Part shown: piece by piece, positions 1 to 14,636 of the stretch
How the letters are laid out: the number at the start of each line of letters is the position of its first letter
Position numbering within the stretch: position 1 is the stretch's first letter
DNA from: Escherichia coli
GTDB taxonomy: Bacteria; Pseudomonadota; Gammaproteobacteria; Enterobacterales; Enterobacteriaceae
Direction: 5' to 3' (one strand)
Length of the DNA stretch: 64,000 nucleotides
NCBI RefSeq assembly: GCF_050920415.1
Contig: NZ_CP169309.1
Translations under genes and position numbers: made by a program
Notes under the pieces: generated by a model
What the model was told of the DNA's origin: nothing
Database searches by the model: none
Seen by the model: only the letters and a program-made list of their open reading frames with translations

Positions 1-237
1 CAGAGAACCTACTGACAAGTCGATGCCCGACGTCAGGATCACCAGCGTCATCCCGACCGCCATAATGGCATTCACCGAGGTTTGCTGGAGAATATTGAAT
101 AAGTTATTGATGGTGAAAAAGTTCGGGCTTAACGTCGAGACAATCGCGATCAGCACCAGCAGAGCGATAAGCGATTTCTGCTCCATCAGCCACGCTTTCG
201 TGAAATAACGGCGACCAGAGACAGTCTGGGTTGTCAT
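1..237 (-). CDS. rbsC: Ribose ABC transporter permease RbsC, N-terminal part only (gene continues past window start)
   Basis: Reverse-complement of 1..237 translates MTTQTVSGRRYFTKAWLMEQKSLIALLVL..., preceded by a GGAG RBS; lies immediately downstream of rbsA as in the rbsDACBK operon. Not in the ORF track because it is truncated by the window edge. Confidence 0.8.
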   Translation of the reverse strand, partial: MTTQTVSGRRYFTKAWLMEQKSLIALLVLIAIVSTLSPNFFTINNLFNILQQTSVNAIMAVGMTLVILTSGIDLSVGSL

Positions 238-241
238 TTTT

Positions 242-1747
242 TTACTCCTGATTCACGCGATTAAGCTTGCCCACAGCGGCAGCCATTAACACTTCCTGGG
301 TGGCCTGCTCACGAGTAAATTCCCCGCTGAGATGCCCTTCATGCATGACGATGATGCGATCGCTCATGCCTAATACTTCTGGCATCTCCGATGACACCAG
401 AATGATGCTCAAGCCATCGGCTTTGAACTGGTTAATCAGTTGATAGATCTCTTTTTTCGCACCAACATCTACGCCACGGGTAGGTTCATCAAGAATCAAC
501 ACTTTGGGGCGTGTCATCAGTCCACGGGCAATCGCCACTTTTTGCTGATTGCCACCGGAGAGCAAACCAATTGCCTGTTCCATCGACGGCGTTTTCACAT
601 TAAACAGACGAATAAAATCACTCACTGCCTGCTGTTCATCGGCATGCTTCAAACTGCCGCCAGTACGGCTAAAGTAACGCAGCGCAGTCAGCGACATATT
701 CTCTTTGACTGACATACCCAGCACTAAACCGTCACGTTTGCGGTCTTCGGAGATATACACAATGCCGTTTGCCAGGCCATCCTGCGGTGAACGGGTAACG
801 ACTTCATGCCCATCCAGAGTGACGTAACCGCTGGTGCGCGGCAGTGCGCCGTAGAGCACTTTCATCAGTTCAGTACGACCTGCGCCCATCAAACCAGAGA
901 CGCCAAGAATTTCACCTTTGCGTAAGGTAAATGAAACATCATTAACGCCAGGTCCGCAGAGATTATCGACTTTCAGGCGGATATCGCCCGGCGCTTTGTC
1001 CAGGTGTGGATATTGATCTTCCAGCTTGCGGCCCACCATCATCTCAATCAGCGAATCTTCGGTCAGTGATGCCACTTCGCGCTCAGCAATAAATTGCCCG
1101 TCACGAAAAACAGTAACGTCATCGCAAATTTCGAAGATTTCTTTCATGCGGTGGGAGATATAGACAATACCGCGGCCTTGCGATTTCAGCTCGCGGATGA
1201 CGCGGAACAAGGATTCGGTTTCGGTATCGGTCAGTGCATCGGTCGGTTCATCCATAATGATGACTTTCGACTCAAAGCTCAGCACTTTGGCAATTTCAAC
1301 CATTTGCTGGTCACCGATGGAAAGATCGCCCACCAGCTTGTCACTTTTAAAACGCAGGTTAAGTTTAGCCAGCAATTTATCCGCTTCGGCATACATGGTT
1401 TTCCAGTCAATTTTGCCAAAGCGATTAACAAACTCACGACCGAGGAAAATGTTTTCGGCAATGGTTAACTGCGGGATCAGGTTCAGTTCCTGATGGATGA
1501 TTCCAATGCCGGCTTCCTGGGATGATTTCGGTCCGGTAAACGTCGTTTCTTTCCCCAGCCATAAAAGCGTACCGGCATCGCGAGTATAGATACCAGTAAG
1601 CACTTTCATCATGGTGGATTTACCCGCGCCGTTTTCGCCCACCAGCGCCATCACGCGGCCAGGATAGACATTTAACGCTGCGCCCGAGAGGGCTTTTACG
1701 CCCGGGAAGGCTTTATCGATGCCTTTAAGCTGAAGTAATGCTTCCAT
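242..1747 (-). CDS. rbsA: Ribose ABC transporter ATP-binding protein (duplicated ABC ATPase)
   Basis: 501 aa ORF with two Walker A motifs (GENGAGKST, and a second ABC domain) and two LSGG signature motifs; position between rbsD and rbsC. Confidence 0.95.
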   Translation of the reverse strand: MEALLQLKGIDKAFPGVKALSGAALNVYPGRVMALVGENGAGKSTMMKVLTGIYTRDAGTLLWLGKETTFTGPKSSQEAGIGIIHQELNLIPQLTIAENIFLGREFVNRFGKIDWKTMYAEADKLLAKLNLRFKSDKLVGDLSIGDQQMVEIAKVLSFESKVIIMDEPTDALTDTETESLFRVIRELKSQGRGIVYISHRMKEIFEICDDVTVFRDGQFIAEREVASLTEDSLIEMMVGRKLEDQYPHLDKAPGDIRLKVDNLCGPGVNDVSFTLRKGEILGVSGLMGAGRTELMKVLYGALPRTSGYVTLDGHEVVTRSPQDGLANGIVYISEDRKRDGLVLGMSVKENMSLTALRYFSRTGGSLKHADEQQAVSDFIRLFNVKTPSMEQAIGLLSGGNQQKVAIARGLMTRPKVLILDEPTRGVDVGAKKEIYQLINQFKADGLSIILVSSEMPEVLGMSDRIIVMHEGHLSGEFTREQATQEVLMAAAVGKLNRVNQE

Positions 1748-1754
1748 GACGGCC

Positions 1755-2174
1755 TCAGAACGTCACGCCAGCATAGAGAATGATATTCGCATACGGAGAA
1801 CATTCTCCGCTGCGAATTACCGCCTGACTTTCTGCGGTTTGTTGTTTGAATTGTTCATGCGTGGTGTAACGAATTTCAATGGTATTTCCCTGGTGTTTTT
1901 GCAGCTGCTCAAGGTGAGTGAGCAACGTTTCGTGGAGTTGCGGATTATGTTGTTTGATCTCTTCCGCGATAATGGCAGCCTCGACCTGCATTTCATTTGT
2001 GACGACGCCCAGCACCTGCATAAAAGAAGGTACCCCCTGGGTTAATGCCATATCGATACGCGTTGTACTTTTGGGGATGGGTAAACCAGCATCACACACC
2101 ACCAGCGTATCGGTATGTCCCAGACGGGAGATCACCGAAGAAATATCAGAATTAAGAACGGTGCCTTTTTTCAT
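1755..2174 (-). CDS. rbsD: D-ribose pyranase
   Basis: ORF 1755..2186; the recalled K-12 protein begins MKKGTVLNS, so the likely start is 4 codons inside the tracked ORF. Confidence 0.9.
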   Translation of the reverse strand: MKKGTVLNSDISSVISRLGHTDTLVVCDAGLPIPKSTTRIDMALTQGVPSFMQVLGVVTNEMQVEAAIIAEEIKQHNPQLHETLLTHLEQLQKHQGNTIEIRYTTHEQFKQQTAESQAVIRSGECSPYANIILYAGVTF

Positions 2175-2340
2175 TTTTTTCTCCATCAGCGAAACGTTTC
2201 GCTGACCCGCAGTTTAATCCTGACTGAGTTGGGAAAACCATCGTGACGTTACGGAAATGTGATCAACATCGAAACGTTTTACATGGTGATTAACCATGAA
2301 AACAAAAACGCCCCCTTATGGAGAAAGGAGGCGTCTGGCG

Positions 2341-4209
2341 TTAAATTTCGACCTGAGTACCCAGTTCGATAACCCTGTTTGGCGGGATTTCAAATTGATC
2401 CGGTGCGCGCAGCGCATTACGTTGCAACAGCAAATACAGCTTGCCGCGCAAACGCAAATACCACGGACGTTTGCCGAGGATCAGTGATTCATGCGACATA
2501 AAGAAGGAGGTTTCCATCATCCGGCAACTTAATCCTTCCAGACCACAGCGGTGGAAAACTTCTTCCACGTTTGGCGTTTCCCGCCATCCATAACTTGCCA
2601 CCACGCGCCAGAAAGTGGGCGACAGTTGTTCAATCTGTACCCGACGGACGTTATGGACATATGGCGCGTCTTCAGTGCGCAGAGTTAACAGAATCACCCG
2701 CTCATGCAACACCTTGTTATGTTTCAGGTTATGCATCAGTGCAAAGGGAATGACGTTGATTGCACGCGACATATACACCGCGGTCCCTGGCACGCGAACG
2801 GGCGGTGATTTCTCCAGCGAAGCAATCATCGCTTCCAGAGAGTTGCCATGTTCATGCATCCGCCGCAGCAAGCGGAAACGCTCGCTCTTCCAGGTCGTCA
2901 TCACGATAAACATTACCGTACCGAGACTCAGTGGCAACCAGCCGCCTGATAGCAGTTTATCGAGGTTAGCGGTGAACAATGGAATATCAACACAAAGGAA
3001 AGCAATCAGGATCAGCGCAACAAAATACTTATTCCAGTGCCAGTTCTGACGTGCCACGGTAGTTGAGAGAATAGACGTCAGTACCATGGTTCCGGTCACC
3101 GCAATCCCGTACGCCGCCGCCAGGTTGCTGGAGTGCTCAAAGCTGACAATCACAATCACGACCGCGACATAGAGCATCCAGTTCACAAACGGAATATAGA
3201 TTTGCCCAGACTCCATTTCGGAGGTGTGAATAATGCGCATCGGCGACAAATATCCCAGACGTACGGCCTGACGCGTCAATGAGAAGACGCCAGAGATAAC
3301 TGCCTGCGAGGCAATTACCGTCGCCAGTGCGGCGATGATCAGCAGCGGGATCAGCGCCCAGTCCGGTGCCAACAGGAAGAACGGGTTCTTAATCGCTTCC
3401 GGGTTCTTTAACAACAGAGCGCCCTGGCCAAAGTAATTAAGAGTTAATGAAGGCAATACGACGGTGAACCACGCCAGGCGAATCGGGAACTTACCAAAGT
3501 GCCCCATATCAGCGTACAGCGCCTCGACACCGGTAATCGACAGCACCACTGCCCCTAACGCAATAAACGAAACCGTTTTATATTCAAGGAAGAAATGCAC
3601 CGCCCACATCGGATTCAGCGCATGCAGCACTTCTGGGTTAGCAATAATGCTACGCAACCCCAGTCCCGCCAGAATCAAAAACCAGGTCAGCATGATAGGC
3701 GCAAACAGCTTACCGACCATAGCAGTGCCATGTTTTTGAATCATAAACAGTAAAGTCAGAACGATGATTGAGAGGGGAACTATCCAGGTATCCAGCTGCG
3801 GGGCGACGATTTCCAGACCTTCAATGGCAGACATCACCGAAATAGCGGGTGTAATGACGACTTCACCATAGAAAAAGCTGCCGCCGATTAATCCCATAAT
3901 CACCAGCATTGATGTGGTTCGCGCCGACGTATTGCGTCCGGCAAGCGACATCAACGTCAGAATGCCCCCTTCCCCGGCGTTATCTGCCCGCATCACGAAG
4001 GTGAGATATTTAATGGAAACCACAAAGATTAGCAGCCAGAAGATCAGCGATAAAAAGCCAAACACGGCATCGCGTTCAACGCCAAAACCAAACTGGCCGG
4101 ACAAACATTCACGAAGTGTATATAACGGGCTGGTACCAATATCGCCGTAGACAACTCCAATCGCCGCGAGGGTAATCGCGGGCAACGATTGCTTATTATC
4201 AGTGCTCAT
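2341..4209 (-). CDS. kup: Low-affinity K+ uptake transporter Kup (TrkD)
   Basis: 622 aa polytopic membrane protein starting [30 protein letters not shown]; position next to rbsD. Confidence 0.95.
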
Positions 4210-4431
4210 AGACTAGTCTTTCGTTGAAATATGAAATGTGTGCTTAGTCCCTTGGCCCACAAAAAAGCGCACAGTATGCACGATTAACGACAAAATCGTA
4301 CTCCTAAATGCGGCCACATTAACCTGGCTCAAAGAAAAATAGACCTCTTTTGAGACTATTTTAGCCACCAGCAAGAAACGTCTATACTCGCAATTTACGC
4401 AGAACTTTTGACGAAAGGACGCCACTTCATT

Positions 4432-5928
4432 ATGGCTCACCCTCATTTATTAGCGGAAAGAATTTCCCGCCTGAGCAGTTCGTTGGAAAAGGGGCTTTAT
4501 GAACGTAGCCACGCCATCCGCTTGTGTTTATTAGCGGCATTAAGTGGTGAAAGTGTGTTCCTCCTTGGCCCGCCAGGCATTGCCAAAAGTTTGATCGCCC
4601 GGCGCTTAAAATTCGCCTTTCAGAATGCCCGTGCGTTTGAATATCTGATGACCCGCTTCTCCACGCCGGAAGAAGTTTTTGGTCCCCTTTCCATTCAGGC
4701 GCTAAAAGATGAAGGGCGCTATGAACGTTTAACCAGCGGTTACCTGCCAGAAGCAGAAATCGTCTTTCTGGATGAGATCTGGAAAGCGGGCCCGGCAATT
4801 CTTAATACCTTGCTCACCGCCATTAACGAGCGCCAGTTCCGCAACGGTGCACACGTAGAAAAAATCCCGATGCGTCTGCTGGTGGCGGCCTCCAACGAGC
4901 TGCCGGAAGCAGACAGCAGTCTGGAAGCGTTATATGACCGCATGCTGATTCGTCTGTGGTTAGATAAAGTGCAGGATAAAGCGAATTTCCGCTCCATGCT
5001 GACCAGTCAACAGGATGAAAATGACAATCCGGTTCCTGCCTCCTTGCAGGTCACTGATGAAGAATATGAACGCTGGCAGAAAGAGATTGGTGAAATTACG
5101 CTGCCCGATCATGTATTTGAGCTGATTTTTATGCTGCGCCAGCAACTGGATAAATTACCGGATGCGCCTTATGTCTCGGATCGTCGCTGGAAAAAAGCGA
5201 TCCGCTTATTGCAGGCCAGCGCCTTTTTTAGCGGTCGCAGTGCTGTTGCCCCGGTAGATCTCATTTTGCTGAAAGATTGCCTGTGGTATGACGCGCAAAG
5301 CCTGAATTTGATACAACAACAAATTGATGTATTGATGACCGGTCATGCCTGGCAACAGCAAGGGATGTTGACCCGCCTGGGCGCGATTGTGCAACGTCAC
5401 CTGCAACTACAGCAGCAACAAAGCGATAAAACAGCCTTAACGGTAATTCGTCTGGGCGGCATTTTCAGCCGTCGTCAGCAGTATCAACTCCCTGTTAACA
5501 TTACTGCTTCCACTCTGACTCTGCTGCTGCAAAAACCGTTAAAACTGCATGATATGGAAGTGGTTCATATCTCCTTTGAGCGTAGCGCGCTGGAACAGTG
5601 GCTGAGCAGAGGTGGTGAAATTCGCGGCAAACTGAACGGTATCGGCTTTGCCCAGAAACTGAATCTGGAAGTTGATAGCGCCCAACATCTTGTCGTACGC
5701 GATGTAAGTTTACAAGGCAGTACGCTGGCACTTCCCGGTTCATCGGCTGAAGGTCTGCCAGGTGAAATAAAACAACAACTGGAAGAGCTTGAAAGCGACT
5801 GGCGCAAGCAACACGCTTTATTCAGCGAACAGCAAAAATGTCTGTTTATCCCTGGCGACTGGTTAGGTCGCATTGAAGCCAGCCTACAGGATGTCGGCAC
5901 CCAGATTCGCCAGGCACAACAATGCTAA
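4432..5928 (+). CDS. ravA: AAA+ MoxR-family ATPase RavA
   Basis: Walker A GPPGIAKS; recalled protein starts [14 protein letters not shown], 8 codons inside tracked ORF 4408..5928; overlaps viaA start as in the ravA-viaA operon. Confidence 0.9.
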   Translation: MAHPHLLAERISRLSSSLEKGLYERSHAIRLCLLAALSGESVFLLGPPGIAKSLIARRLKFAFQNARAFEYLMTRFSTPEEVFGPLSIQALKDEGRYERLTSGYLPEAEIVFLDEIWKAGPAILNTLLTAINERQFRNGAHVEKIPMRLLVAASNELPEADSSLEALYDRMLIRLWLDKVQDKANFRSMLTSQQDENDNPVPASLQVTDEEYERWQKEIGEITLPDHVFELIFMLRQQLDKLPDAPYVSDRRWKKAIRLLQASAFFSGRSAVAPVDLILLKDCLWYDAQSLNLIQQQIDVLMTGHAWQQQGMLTRLGAIVQRHLQLQQQQSDKTALTVIRLGGIFSRRQQYQLPVNITASTLTLLLQKPLKLHDMEVVHISFERSALEQWLSRGGEIRGKLNGIGFAQKLNLEVDSAQHLVVRDVSLQGSTLALPGSSAEGLPGEIKQQLEELESDWRKQHALFSEQQKCLFIPGDWLGRIEASLQDVGTQIRQAQQC

Positions 5929-7373
5929 CGCTGGATACGCTTAATGTGATGCTGGCCGTCAGCGAAGAGGGATTGATCGAAGAGATGATCATCGCGCTGC
6001 TGGCCTCACCGCAGCTGGCAGTCTTCTTTGAAAAATTCCCACGACTGAAGGCGGCAATCACTGATGATGTTCCCCGCTGGCGTGAGGCGCTGCGCAGTCG
6101 GCTGAAAGATGCCCGAGTCCCGCCGGAACTCACCGAAGAGGTGATGTGCTATCAGGAAAGCCAGCTCCTCTCCACGCCGCAGTTTATTGTGCAGCTACCA
6201 CAGATCCTGGACTTACTGCATCGTCTGAATTCCCCATGGGCAGAACAAGCCCGACAGTTGGTTGATGCTAACAGCACGATCACTTCAGCGTTACACACAC
6301 TTTTTCTCCAGCGTTGGCGTTTAAGTCTGATCGTGCAAGCAACGACGTTAAATCAACAGCTATTAGAAGAAGAACGCGAACAACTGTTGAGTGAAGTTCA
6401 GGAACGCATGACGCTGAGCGGGCAACTTGAACCGATTCTCGCAGATAATAATACCGCAGCTGGTCGTCTGTGGGATATGAGCGCCGGTCAGCTTAAACGT
6501 GGCGACTATCAGTTGATTGTGAAATACGGTGAATTTCTTAACGAACAGCCGGAACTGAAACGACTGGCAGACCAACTGGGGCGTTCCCGGGAAGCCAAAT
6601 CGATACCCCGTAACGATGCGCAGATGGAAACCTTCCGTACCATGGTGCGCGAACCGGCGACCGTTCCTGAGCAGGTTGATGGACTGCAACAAAGCGACGA
6701 TATTTTACGCCTTCTACCACCGGAATTGGCGACGCTGGGGATAACGGAACTGGAATATGAGTTTTATCGTCGGCTGGTGGAAAAACAATTGCTCACCTAT
6801 CGCCTTCACGGTGAGTCGTGGCGTGAAAAAGTTATCGAACGCCCGGTAGTTCATAAAGATTACGACGAACAGCCGCGCGGACCGTTTATTGTCTGCGTGG
6901 ATACTTCCGGCTCAATGGGCGGCTTTAATGAACAGTGTGCGAAAGCGTTCTGTCTGGCATTGATGCGCATAGCCCTCGCTGAAAATCGTCGCTGCTTTAT
7001 TATGTTATTTTCCACCGAGATCGTCCGTTATGAGCTTTCAGGCCCACAAGGCATCGAACAAGCAATCCGTTTTTTAAGCCAGCAGTTTCGTGGCGGTACC
7101 GATCTTGCCAGTTGTTTCCGCGCCATTATGGAACGCTTGCAAAGTCGGGAGTGGTTTGACGCCGATGCGGTGGTGATTTCTGATTTTATCGCCCAGCGGT
7201 TGCCTGACGACGTGACGAGCAAAGTGAAAGAGTTGCAGCGGGTACATCAGCATCGCTTTCATGCCGTGGCGATGTCGGCACATGGCAAACCCGGCATCAT
7301 GCGCATTTTCGATCATATCTGGCGCTTTGATACCGGGATGCGAAGCCGCCTGCTCAGACGCTGGCGGCGATAA
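5922..7373 (+). CDS. viaA: VWA-domain protein ViaA (RavA partner)
   Basis: 483 aa ORF overlapping ravA stop by 7 nt; C-terminal von Willebrand A-like region (VCVDTSGSM). Confidence 0.9.
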   Translation: MLTLDTLNVMLAVSEEGLIEEMIIALLASPQLAVFFEKFPRLKAAITDDVPRWREALRSRLKDARVPPELTEEVMCYQESQLLSTPQFIVQLPQILDLLHRLNSPWAEQARQLVDANSTITSALHTLFLQRWRLSLIVQATTLNQQLLEEEREQLLSEVQERMTLSGQLEPILADNNTAAGRLWDMSAGQLKRGDYQLIVKYGEFLNEQPELKRLADQLGRSREAKSIPRNDAQMETFRTMVREPATVPEQVDGLQQSDDILRLLPPELATLGITELEYEFYRRLVEKQLLTYRLHGESWREKVIERPVVHKDYDEQPRGPFIVCVDTSGSMGGFNEQCAKAFCLALMRIALAENRRCFIMLFSTEIVRYELSGPQGIEQAIRFLSQQFRGGTDLASCFRAIMERLQSREWFDADAVVISDFIAQRLPDDVTSKVKELQRVHQHRFHAVAMSAHGKPGIMRIFDHIWRFDTGMRSRLLRRWRR

Positions 7374-7377
7374 ACAA

Positions 7378-8370
7378 TTACAGCAGAGAAGGGACGCTCT
7401 CGCGAACAGCTGCCGGCCATACACCACACTGAACCTGGCCGATATGTGGCAGTTGCAGCAGCAGCATGGTCAAACGAGACTGCCCGATACCGCCGCCGAT
7501 GGTCTGCGGCATTTCACCGCGCAGCAGCGCCTGATGCCACTCCAGCTGCAGACGATCTTCATCACCGGTCAGCGCCAGCTGATGTTTCAACGTATCGGCA
7601 TCCACGCGGATCCCCATGGAAGAAAGCTCAAACGCATCTTCCAGTACCGGGTTCCATACCAGAATATCGCCGTTCAGACCCGCATGGCCCAGCTCTGACG
7701 GGGTGCTCCAGTCATCATAATCCGGTGCGCGCACGTCGTGACGATGACCATCACTCAACTTGCCGCCAATCCCGACGAGGAATACAGCGCCAAGATCTTT
7801 CGCAATCGCCCGCTCACGTCCTTTGGCATCGAGATCCGGATAACGAGCCAGTAACTCCTGGCTGTGTACGAAGTGGATCTGATCCGGCAGGAACGGTGCC
7901 AGGCCAAACTCTTCGCTAACTGCAGCTTCGGTTGCTTTAATTCCCGCCCAGATCGCCTCTACCGTGCTTTTCAGAGTCGAGAATTGACGCTCGCCGTCGC
8001 CCATTACGCGCTCCCAGTCCCACTGGTCTACATAGATCGAGTGCAGCGGGGAAAGACGGTCTTCATCGGGGCGAAGGGCTTTCATGTGCGTGTATAGCCC
8101 TTCGCCCGCGCTGAAGTCATGTTGCCCTAAGGTCTGACGTTTCCACTTCGCCAGTGAATGAACCACTTCGAACTGGGCATCAGGCAGAGCTTTCACTTTT
8201 ACCTGCACCGCTTTTTCACAGCCCGACAAGTTATCCTGCGTGCCATCCCCCACACGGCTAAGAATCGGCGCCTGGACTTCGATCAGCCCCAGACGTTCTT
8301 CCAGTTGACGAGAAAAGTGAGATTTCACGAAGCTAATTTGACGTTGTTTGGCAATGTAAGCGGTTTTCAT
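7378..8370 (-). CDS. asnA: Aspartate-ammonia ligase (asparagine synthetase A)
   Basis: 330 aa [53 protein letters not shown]; divergent from asnC. Confidence 0.95.
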   Translation of the reverse strand: MKTAYIAKQRQISFVKSHFSRQLEERLGLIEVQAPILSRVGDGTQDNLSGCEKAVQVKVKALPDAQFEVVHSLAKWKRQTLGQHDFSAGEGLYTHMKALRPDEDRLSPLHSIYVDQWDWERVMGDGERQFSTLKSTVEAIWAGIKATEAAVSEEFGLAPFLPDQIHFVHSQELLARYPDLDAKGRERAIAKDLGAVFLVGIGGKLSDGHRHDVRAPDYDDWSTPSELGHAGLNGDILVWNPVLEDAFELSSMGIRVDADTLKHQLALTGDEDRLQLEWHQALLRGEMPQTIGGGIGQSRLTMLLLQLPHIGQVQCGVWPAAVRESVPSLL

Positions 8371-8521
8371 TTTTTATACTCCTGCGTCCTGTTGCTTATG
8401 ATTAAGCAACAAAAACCGACACACATGCAATAATCATTCAATAAAAAGCCTCACACACTTTTGATTCATTAAAAAAGAAGGCTAAAATAGAGTGATTCTT
8501 CAATCTGCATAAGAAAATCCT

Positions 8522-8980
8522 ATGGAAAATTATCTGATCGACAATCTGGACCGCGGCATCCTGGAAGCATTAATGGGTAATGCGCGTACCGCTTACGCCG
8601 AACTGGCGAAACAATTTGGCGTCAGTCCGGGGACGATTCACGTTCGTGTAGAGAAAATGAAGCAGGCGGGGATCATTACCGGGGCACGTATTGATGTCAG
8701 CCCGAAGCAGCTCGGTTATGACGTAGGCTGCTTTATCGGCATTATATTAAAGAGCGCCAAAGACTATCCTTCCGCGCTGGCAAAGCTGGAAAGCCTCGAT
8801 GAAGTCACTGAAGCCTATTACACAACTGGCCACTACAGCATCTTTATCAAAGTGATGTGCCGTTCGATCGATGCTCTCCAGCATGTACTTATCAACAAGA
8901 TCCAAACAATTGATGAAATTCAGTCCACTGAGACACTGATCGTCCTGCAGAACCCGATCATGCGTACCATTAAGCCATGA
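8522..8980 (+). CDS. asnC: Lrp/AsnC-family transcriptional regulator AsnC
   Basis: 152 aa ORF with N-terminal HTH; divergently arranged with asnA. Confidence 0.95.
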   Translation: MENYLIDNLDRGILEALMGNARTAYAELAKQFGVSPGTIHVRVEKMKQAGIITGARIDVSPKQLGYDVGCFIGIILKSAKDYPSALAKLESLDEVTEAYYTTGHYSIFIKVMCRSIDALQHVLINKIQTIDEIQSTETLIVLQNPIMRTIKP

Positions 8981-9069
8981 TCGGCTTTTTTAATCCCATA
9001 CTTTTCCACAGGTAGATCCCAACGCGTTCACAGCGTACAATACGCCACTCTTAATAAAGGTGGCGGTTT

Positions 9070-9513
9070 ATGGCAGATATCACTCTTATCAGCGGCAGCA
9101 CCCTCGGCGGTGCCGAATATGTAGCAGAACACTTGGCTGAAAAGCTGGAAGAGGCGGGTTTTACCACCGAAACGCTGCACGGTCCGCTGTTGGAAGATTT
9201 ATCTGCCTCGGGGATCTGGCTGGTTATCAGCTCAACCCACGGTGCCGGAGATATTCCGGACAACCTTTCTCCTTTCTATGAAGCATTGCAGGAACAGAAG
9301 CCCGATCTTTCTGCGGTCCGCTTTGGCGCTATCGGTATTGGCAGTCGTGAATATGACACCTTTTGTGGGGCTATCGATAAACTCGAGGCAGAACTCAAAA
9401 ATTCCGGTGCAAAACAGACAGGCGAAACACTGAAGATCAACATCCTTGATCACGACATTCCGGAAGATCCGGCAGAAGAATGGCTGGGATCGTGGATTAA
9501 TTTACTCAAATAA
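9070..9513 (+). CDS. mioC: Flavodoxin-like FMN protein MioC
   Basis: 147 aa ORF MADITLISGSTLGGAEYVAEHLAEKLEE; transcribed toward oriC. Confidence 0.9.
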   Translation: MADITLISGSTLGGAEYVAEHLAEKLEEAGFTTETLHGPLLEDLSASGIWLVISSTHGAGDIPDNLSPFYEALQEQKPDLSAVRFGAIGIGSREYDTFCGAIDKLEAELKNSGAKQTGETLKINILDHDIPEDPAEEWLGSWINLLK

Positions 9514-9535
9514 GTATACAGATCGTGCGATCTGT

Positions 9536-9781
9536 TGTGGATAACTCTGTCAGGAAGCTTGGATCAACCGGTAGTTATCCAAAGAACAACGGTTGTTCAG
9601 TTTTTGAGTTGTGTATAACCCCTCATTCTGATCCCAGCTTATACGGTCCAGGATCACCGATCATTCACAGTTAATGATCCTTTCCAGGTTGTTGATCTTA
9701 AACGCCGGATCTTTGTTATCCACAGGGAAGTGCGATCCTAATAAGAGATCACAATAGAACAAATCTCTAAATAAATAGATC
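9536..9781. other. oriC: Chromosomal replication origin oriC (about 246 bp)
   Basis: DnaA box TGTGGATAA at 9536..9544 (R4) and TTATCCACA at 9716..9724 (R1); three AT-rich 13-mers seen as reverse complements (…GATC ACAATAGAACAAATCTCTAAATAAATAGATC); dense GATC sites; located between mioC and mnmG. Confidence 0.92.
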
Positions 9782-9891
9782 TTCTTTTTAATACCCAGGA
9801 TCCCAGGTCTTTCTCAAGCCGACAAAGTTGAGTAGAATCCACGGCCCGGGCTTCAATCCATTTTCATACCGCGTTATGCGAGGCAATCACC

Positions 9892-11781
9892 ATGTTTTAT
9901 CCGGATCCTTTTGACGTCATCATCATTGGCGGGGGTCATGCAGGCACCGAGGCCGCGATGGCCGCGGCGCGTATGGGTCAACAGACTCTGCTTTTGACAC
10001 ACAATATCGACACTCTGGGGCAGATGAGCTGCAACCCGGCGATCGGCGGTATTGGGAAGGGACATCTGGTAAAAGAAGTGGATGCACTCGGCGGCCTGAT
10101 GGCTAAAGCGATCGATCAGGCGGGTATCCAGTTTAGGATACTAAACGCAAGCAAGGGACCGGCAGTTCGCGCTACCCGAGCTCAGGCGGATCGTGTGCTC
10201 TACCGTCAGGCGGTACGTACGGCGCTGGAGAACCAACCGAACCTGATGATCTTCCAGCAGGCGGTTGAAGATCTTATTGTCGAAAACGATCGCGTGGTCG
10301 GTGCTGTTACCCAAATGGGACTGAAGTTCCGTGCCAAAGCCGTCGTGCTCACCGTTGGGACGTTCCTCGACGGTAAAATTCATATCGGTCTGGATAACTA
10401 CAGCGGTGGCCGTGCTGGTGATCCGCCGTCCATTCCGCTTTCTCGCCGTTTGCGTGAACTGCCGCTGCGCGTTGGTCGTCTGAAAACCGGGACACCGCCG
10501 CGTATTGATGCTCGAACCATCGACTTTAGCGTGCTGGCGCAACAGCATGGCGATAACCCAATGCCGGTATTCTCGTTTATGGGCAATGCGTCCCAGCATC
10601 CACAGCAGGTGCCGTGTTATATCACCCATACCAACGAGAAAACCCATGACGTGATCCGCAGTAACCTCGATCGTAGCCCAATGTACGCAGGGGTGATCGA
10701 AGGTGTCGGCCCACGCTACTGCCCGTCGATCGAAGACAAAGTCATGCGCTTCGCCGACAGAAATCAGCATCAGATCTTCCTTGAACCGGAAGGGCTGACC
10801 TCTAACGAAATTTATCCGAACGGTATCTCCACCAGCCTGCCGTTCGATGTGCAGATGCAAATCGTCCGCTCCATGCAGGGGATGGAAAACGCGAAGATCG
10901 TGCGTCCGGGTTATGCCATTGAGTATGACTTCTTCGATCCACGCGACCTGAAACCGACGCTGGAGAGCAAGTTTATCCAGGGGCTGTTCTTTGCTGGTCA
11001 GATTAACGGCACTACCGGTTACGAAGAAGCCGCTGCGCAAGGTTTGCTGGCCGGTCTTAACGCTGCCCGTCTGTCTGCTGACAAAGAAGGTTGGGCTCCG
11101 GCGCGTTCTCAGGCGTATCTCGGCGTACTGGTTGATGACCTGTGCACTTTAGGAACCAAAGAACCGTATCGTATGTTTACCTCGCGTGCAGAATATCGCC
11201 TGATGCTGCGCGAAGATAATGCAGATCTGCGTTTGACTGAAATCGGTCGTGAACTGGGCCTGGTGGATGACGAACGTTGGGCGCGCTTTAACGAGAAGCT
11301 TGAGAACATCGAGCGTGAGCGTCAGCGTCTGAAATCGACATGGGTAACCCCGTCGGCGGAAGCTGCAGCCGAAGTGAATGCTCACCTGACTGCGCCGCTT
11401 TCCCGTGAAGCCAGTGGTGAAGATCTGCTGCGTCGTCCGGAAATGACTTATGAAAAATTAACCATGCTGGCGCCTTTTGCCCCTGCGTTGACAGACGAAC
11501 AGGCGGCGGAACAGGTTGAGATTCAGGTTAAATACGAAGGTTATATTGCGCGCCAACAAGATGAGATCGAAAAGCAGCAGCGTAACGAGAATACCTTGCT
11601 GCCAGCGACGCTGGATTACCGCCAGGTATCCGGTCTTTCTAACGAAGTGATCGCCAAACTTAACGATCACAAACCGGCTTCTATCGGTCAGGCTTCGCGT
11701 ATTTCTGGCGTCACGCCTGCTGCCATCTCCATTCTACTGGTGTGGCTAAAAAAACAGGGTATGCTGCGTCGTAGCGCATAA
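9892..11781 (+). CDS. mnmG: tRNA uridine 5-carboxymethylaminomethyl modification enzyme MnmG (GidA)
   Basis: 629 aa ORF, FAD-binding N-terminus [13 protein letters not shown]; first gene after oriC. Confidence 0.95.
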   Translation: MFYPDPFDVIIIGGGHAGTEAAMAAARMGQQTLLLTHNIDTLGQMSCNPAIGGIGKGHLVKEVDALGGLMAKAIDQAGIQFRILNASKGPAVRATRAQADRVLYRQAVRTALENQPNLMIFQQAVEDLIVENDRVVGAVTQMGLKFRAKAVVLTVGTFLDGKIHIGLDNYSGGRAGDPPSIPLSRRLRELPLRVGRLKTGTPPRIDARTIDFSVLAQQHGDNPMPVFSFMGNASQHPQQVPCYITHTNEKTHDVIRSNLDRSPMYAGVIEGVGPRYCPSIEDKVMRFADRNQHQIFLEPEGLTSNEIYPNGISTSLPFDVQMQIVRSMQGMENAKIVRPGYAIEYDFFDPRDLKPTLESKFIQGLFFAGQINGTTGYEEAAAQGLLAGLNAARLSADKEGWAPARSQAYLGVLVDDLCTLGTKEPYRMFTSRAEYRLMLREDNADLRLTEIGRELGLVDDERWARFNEKLENIERERQRLKSTWVTPSAEAAAEVNAHLTAPLSREASGEDLLRRPEMTYEKLTMLAPFAPALTDEQAAEQVEIQVKYEGYIARQQDEIEKQQRNENTLLPATLDYRQVSGLSNEVIAKLNDHKPASIGQASRISGVTPAAISILLVWLKKQGMLRRSA

Positions 11782-11844
11782 CGCATTAAAAATGCCTGGT
11801 AAGCACCCGCTTACCGGGCTACGCATCAAGAACAGGTAATCACC

Positions 11845-12468
11845 GTGCTCAACAAACTCTCCTCTCTGCTGAAAGACGCAGGAATTTCGCTTACCGATCA
11901 CCAGAAAAACCAGCTAATTGCCTACGTGAATATGCTGCATAAATGGAATAAAGCGTACAACCTGACTTCGGTCCGCGATCCTAATGAGATGCTGGTACGC
12001 CATATTCTCGATAGCATTGTGGTGGCACCGTATCTGCAAGGTGATCGGTTTATCGATGTCGGCACCGGACCAGGACTGCCTGGCATTCCACTCTCTATCG
12101 TGCGTCCTGAAGCCCATTTCACGTTGTTGGATAGCCTTGGTAAACGCGTGCGTTTCCTTCGTCAGGTGCAACATGAGCTTAAACTGGAGAATATTGAGCC
12201 AGTACAGAGCAGGGTAGAAGAGTTTCCTTCTGAGCCGCCATTTGATGGCGTAATTAGCCGCGCCTTTGCCTCTTTGAACGATATGGTGAGCTGGTGCCAC
12301 CATCTTCCTGGTGAGCAAGGTCGTTTCTACGCGCTGAAAGGCCAAATACCGGAAGATGAAATCGCTTTGTTGCCCGAAGAATATCAGGTCGAATCAGTGG
12401 TTAAACTTCACGTTCCGGCCCTGGATGGCGAACGTCATCTGGTGGTGATTAAAGCAAATAAAATTTAA
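11845..12468 (+). CDS. rsmG: 16S rRNA m7G527 methyltransferase RsmG (GidB)
   Basis: 207 aa ORF with SAM-binding motif [10 protein letters not shown]. Confidence 0.95.
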   Translation: MLNKLSSLLKDAGISLTDHQKNQLIAYVNMLHKWNKAYNLTSVRDPNEMLVRHILDSIVVAPYLQGDRFIDVGTGPGLPGIPLSIVRPEAHFTLLDSLGKRVRFLRQVQHELKLENIEPVQSRVEEFPSEPPFDGVISRAFASLNDMVSWCHHLPGEQGRFYALKGQIPEDEIALLPEEYQVESVVKLHVPALDGERHLVVIKANKI

Positions 12469-13084
12469 TTTTTATCAAAAAAAACATAAAAAAATGACCG
12501 GTTAGACTGTTAACAACAACCAGGTTTTCTACTGATATAACTGGTTACATTTAACGCCACGTTCACTCTTTTGCATCAACGAGCTAACGTGGCTTTTTTG
12601 GGTAAGCAGAAAATAAGTCAGCAGTGAAAATATCAGGCTGCTAAAAATCGGCGCTAAGAACCATAATCATCTGTTAAAACATTATTAAAAATGTCAATGG
12701 GTGGTTTTTGTTGTGTAAATGTCACTTATTAAAAGAGTGTCTGTTTTTGGACTTAAATATCATAAACTTGCAATGGCATCATTTGCCAAGTAAATAAATA
12801 TGCTGTGCGCGAACATGCTCAATATGTGATCTGAAGCACGCTTTATCGCCAGTGTTTACGCGTTATTTACAGTTTTTCATGATCGAACAGCGTTAGCAGA
12901 AAAGTCGCAATTGTATGCACTGGAAAAATATTTAAACATTTATTCACCTTTTGGCTACTTATTGTTTGAAATCACGGGGGCGCACCGTATAATTTGACCG
13001 CTTTTTGATGCTTGACTCTAAGCCTTAAAGAAAGTTTTATACGACACGCGGCATACCTCGAAGGGAGCAGGAGTGAAAAACGTG

Positions 13085-14289
<1,205 letters not shown>

Positions 14290-14317
14290 TTTACCAACAC
14301 TACTACGTTTTAACTGA

Positions 14318-14592
<275 letters not shown>

Positions 14593-14636
14593 TAAAGAGC
14601 AATATCAGAACGTTAACTAAATAGAGGCATTGTGCT

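Noticed and set aside
10141-11040. 299-aa minus-strand ORF
   Set aside because: Antisense to mnmG; no start context or motifs; artefact of a long stop-free antisense frame.
12469-13072. 600-bp intergenic region between rsmG and atpI, checked for a hidden small gene or sRNA
   Set aside because: It corresponds to the known long atp operon promoter/leader region; no convincing ORF or structured element stood out.
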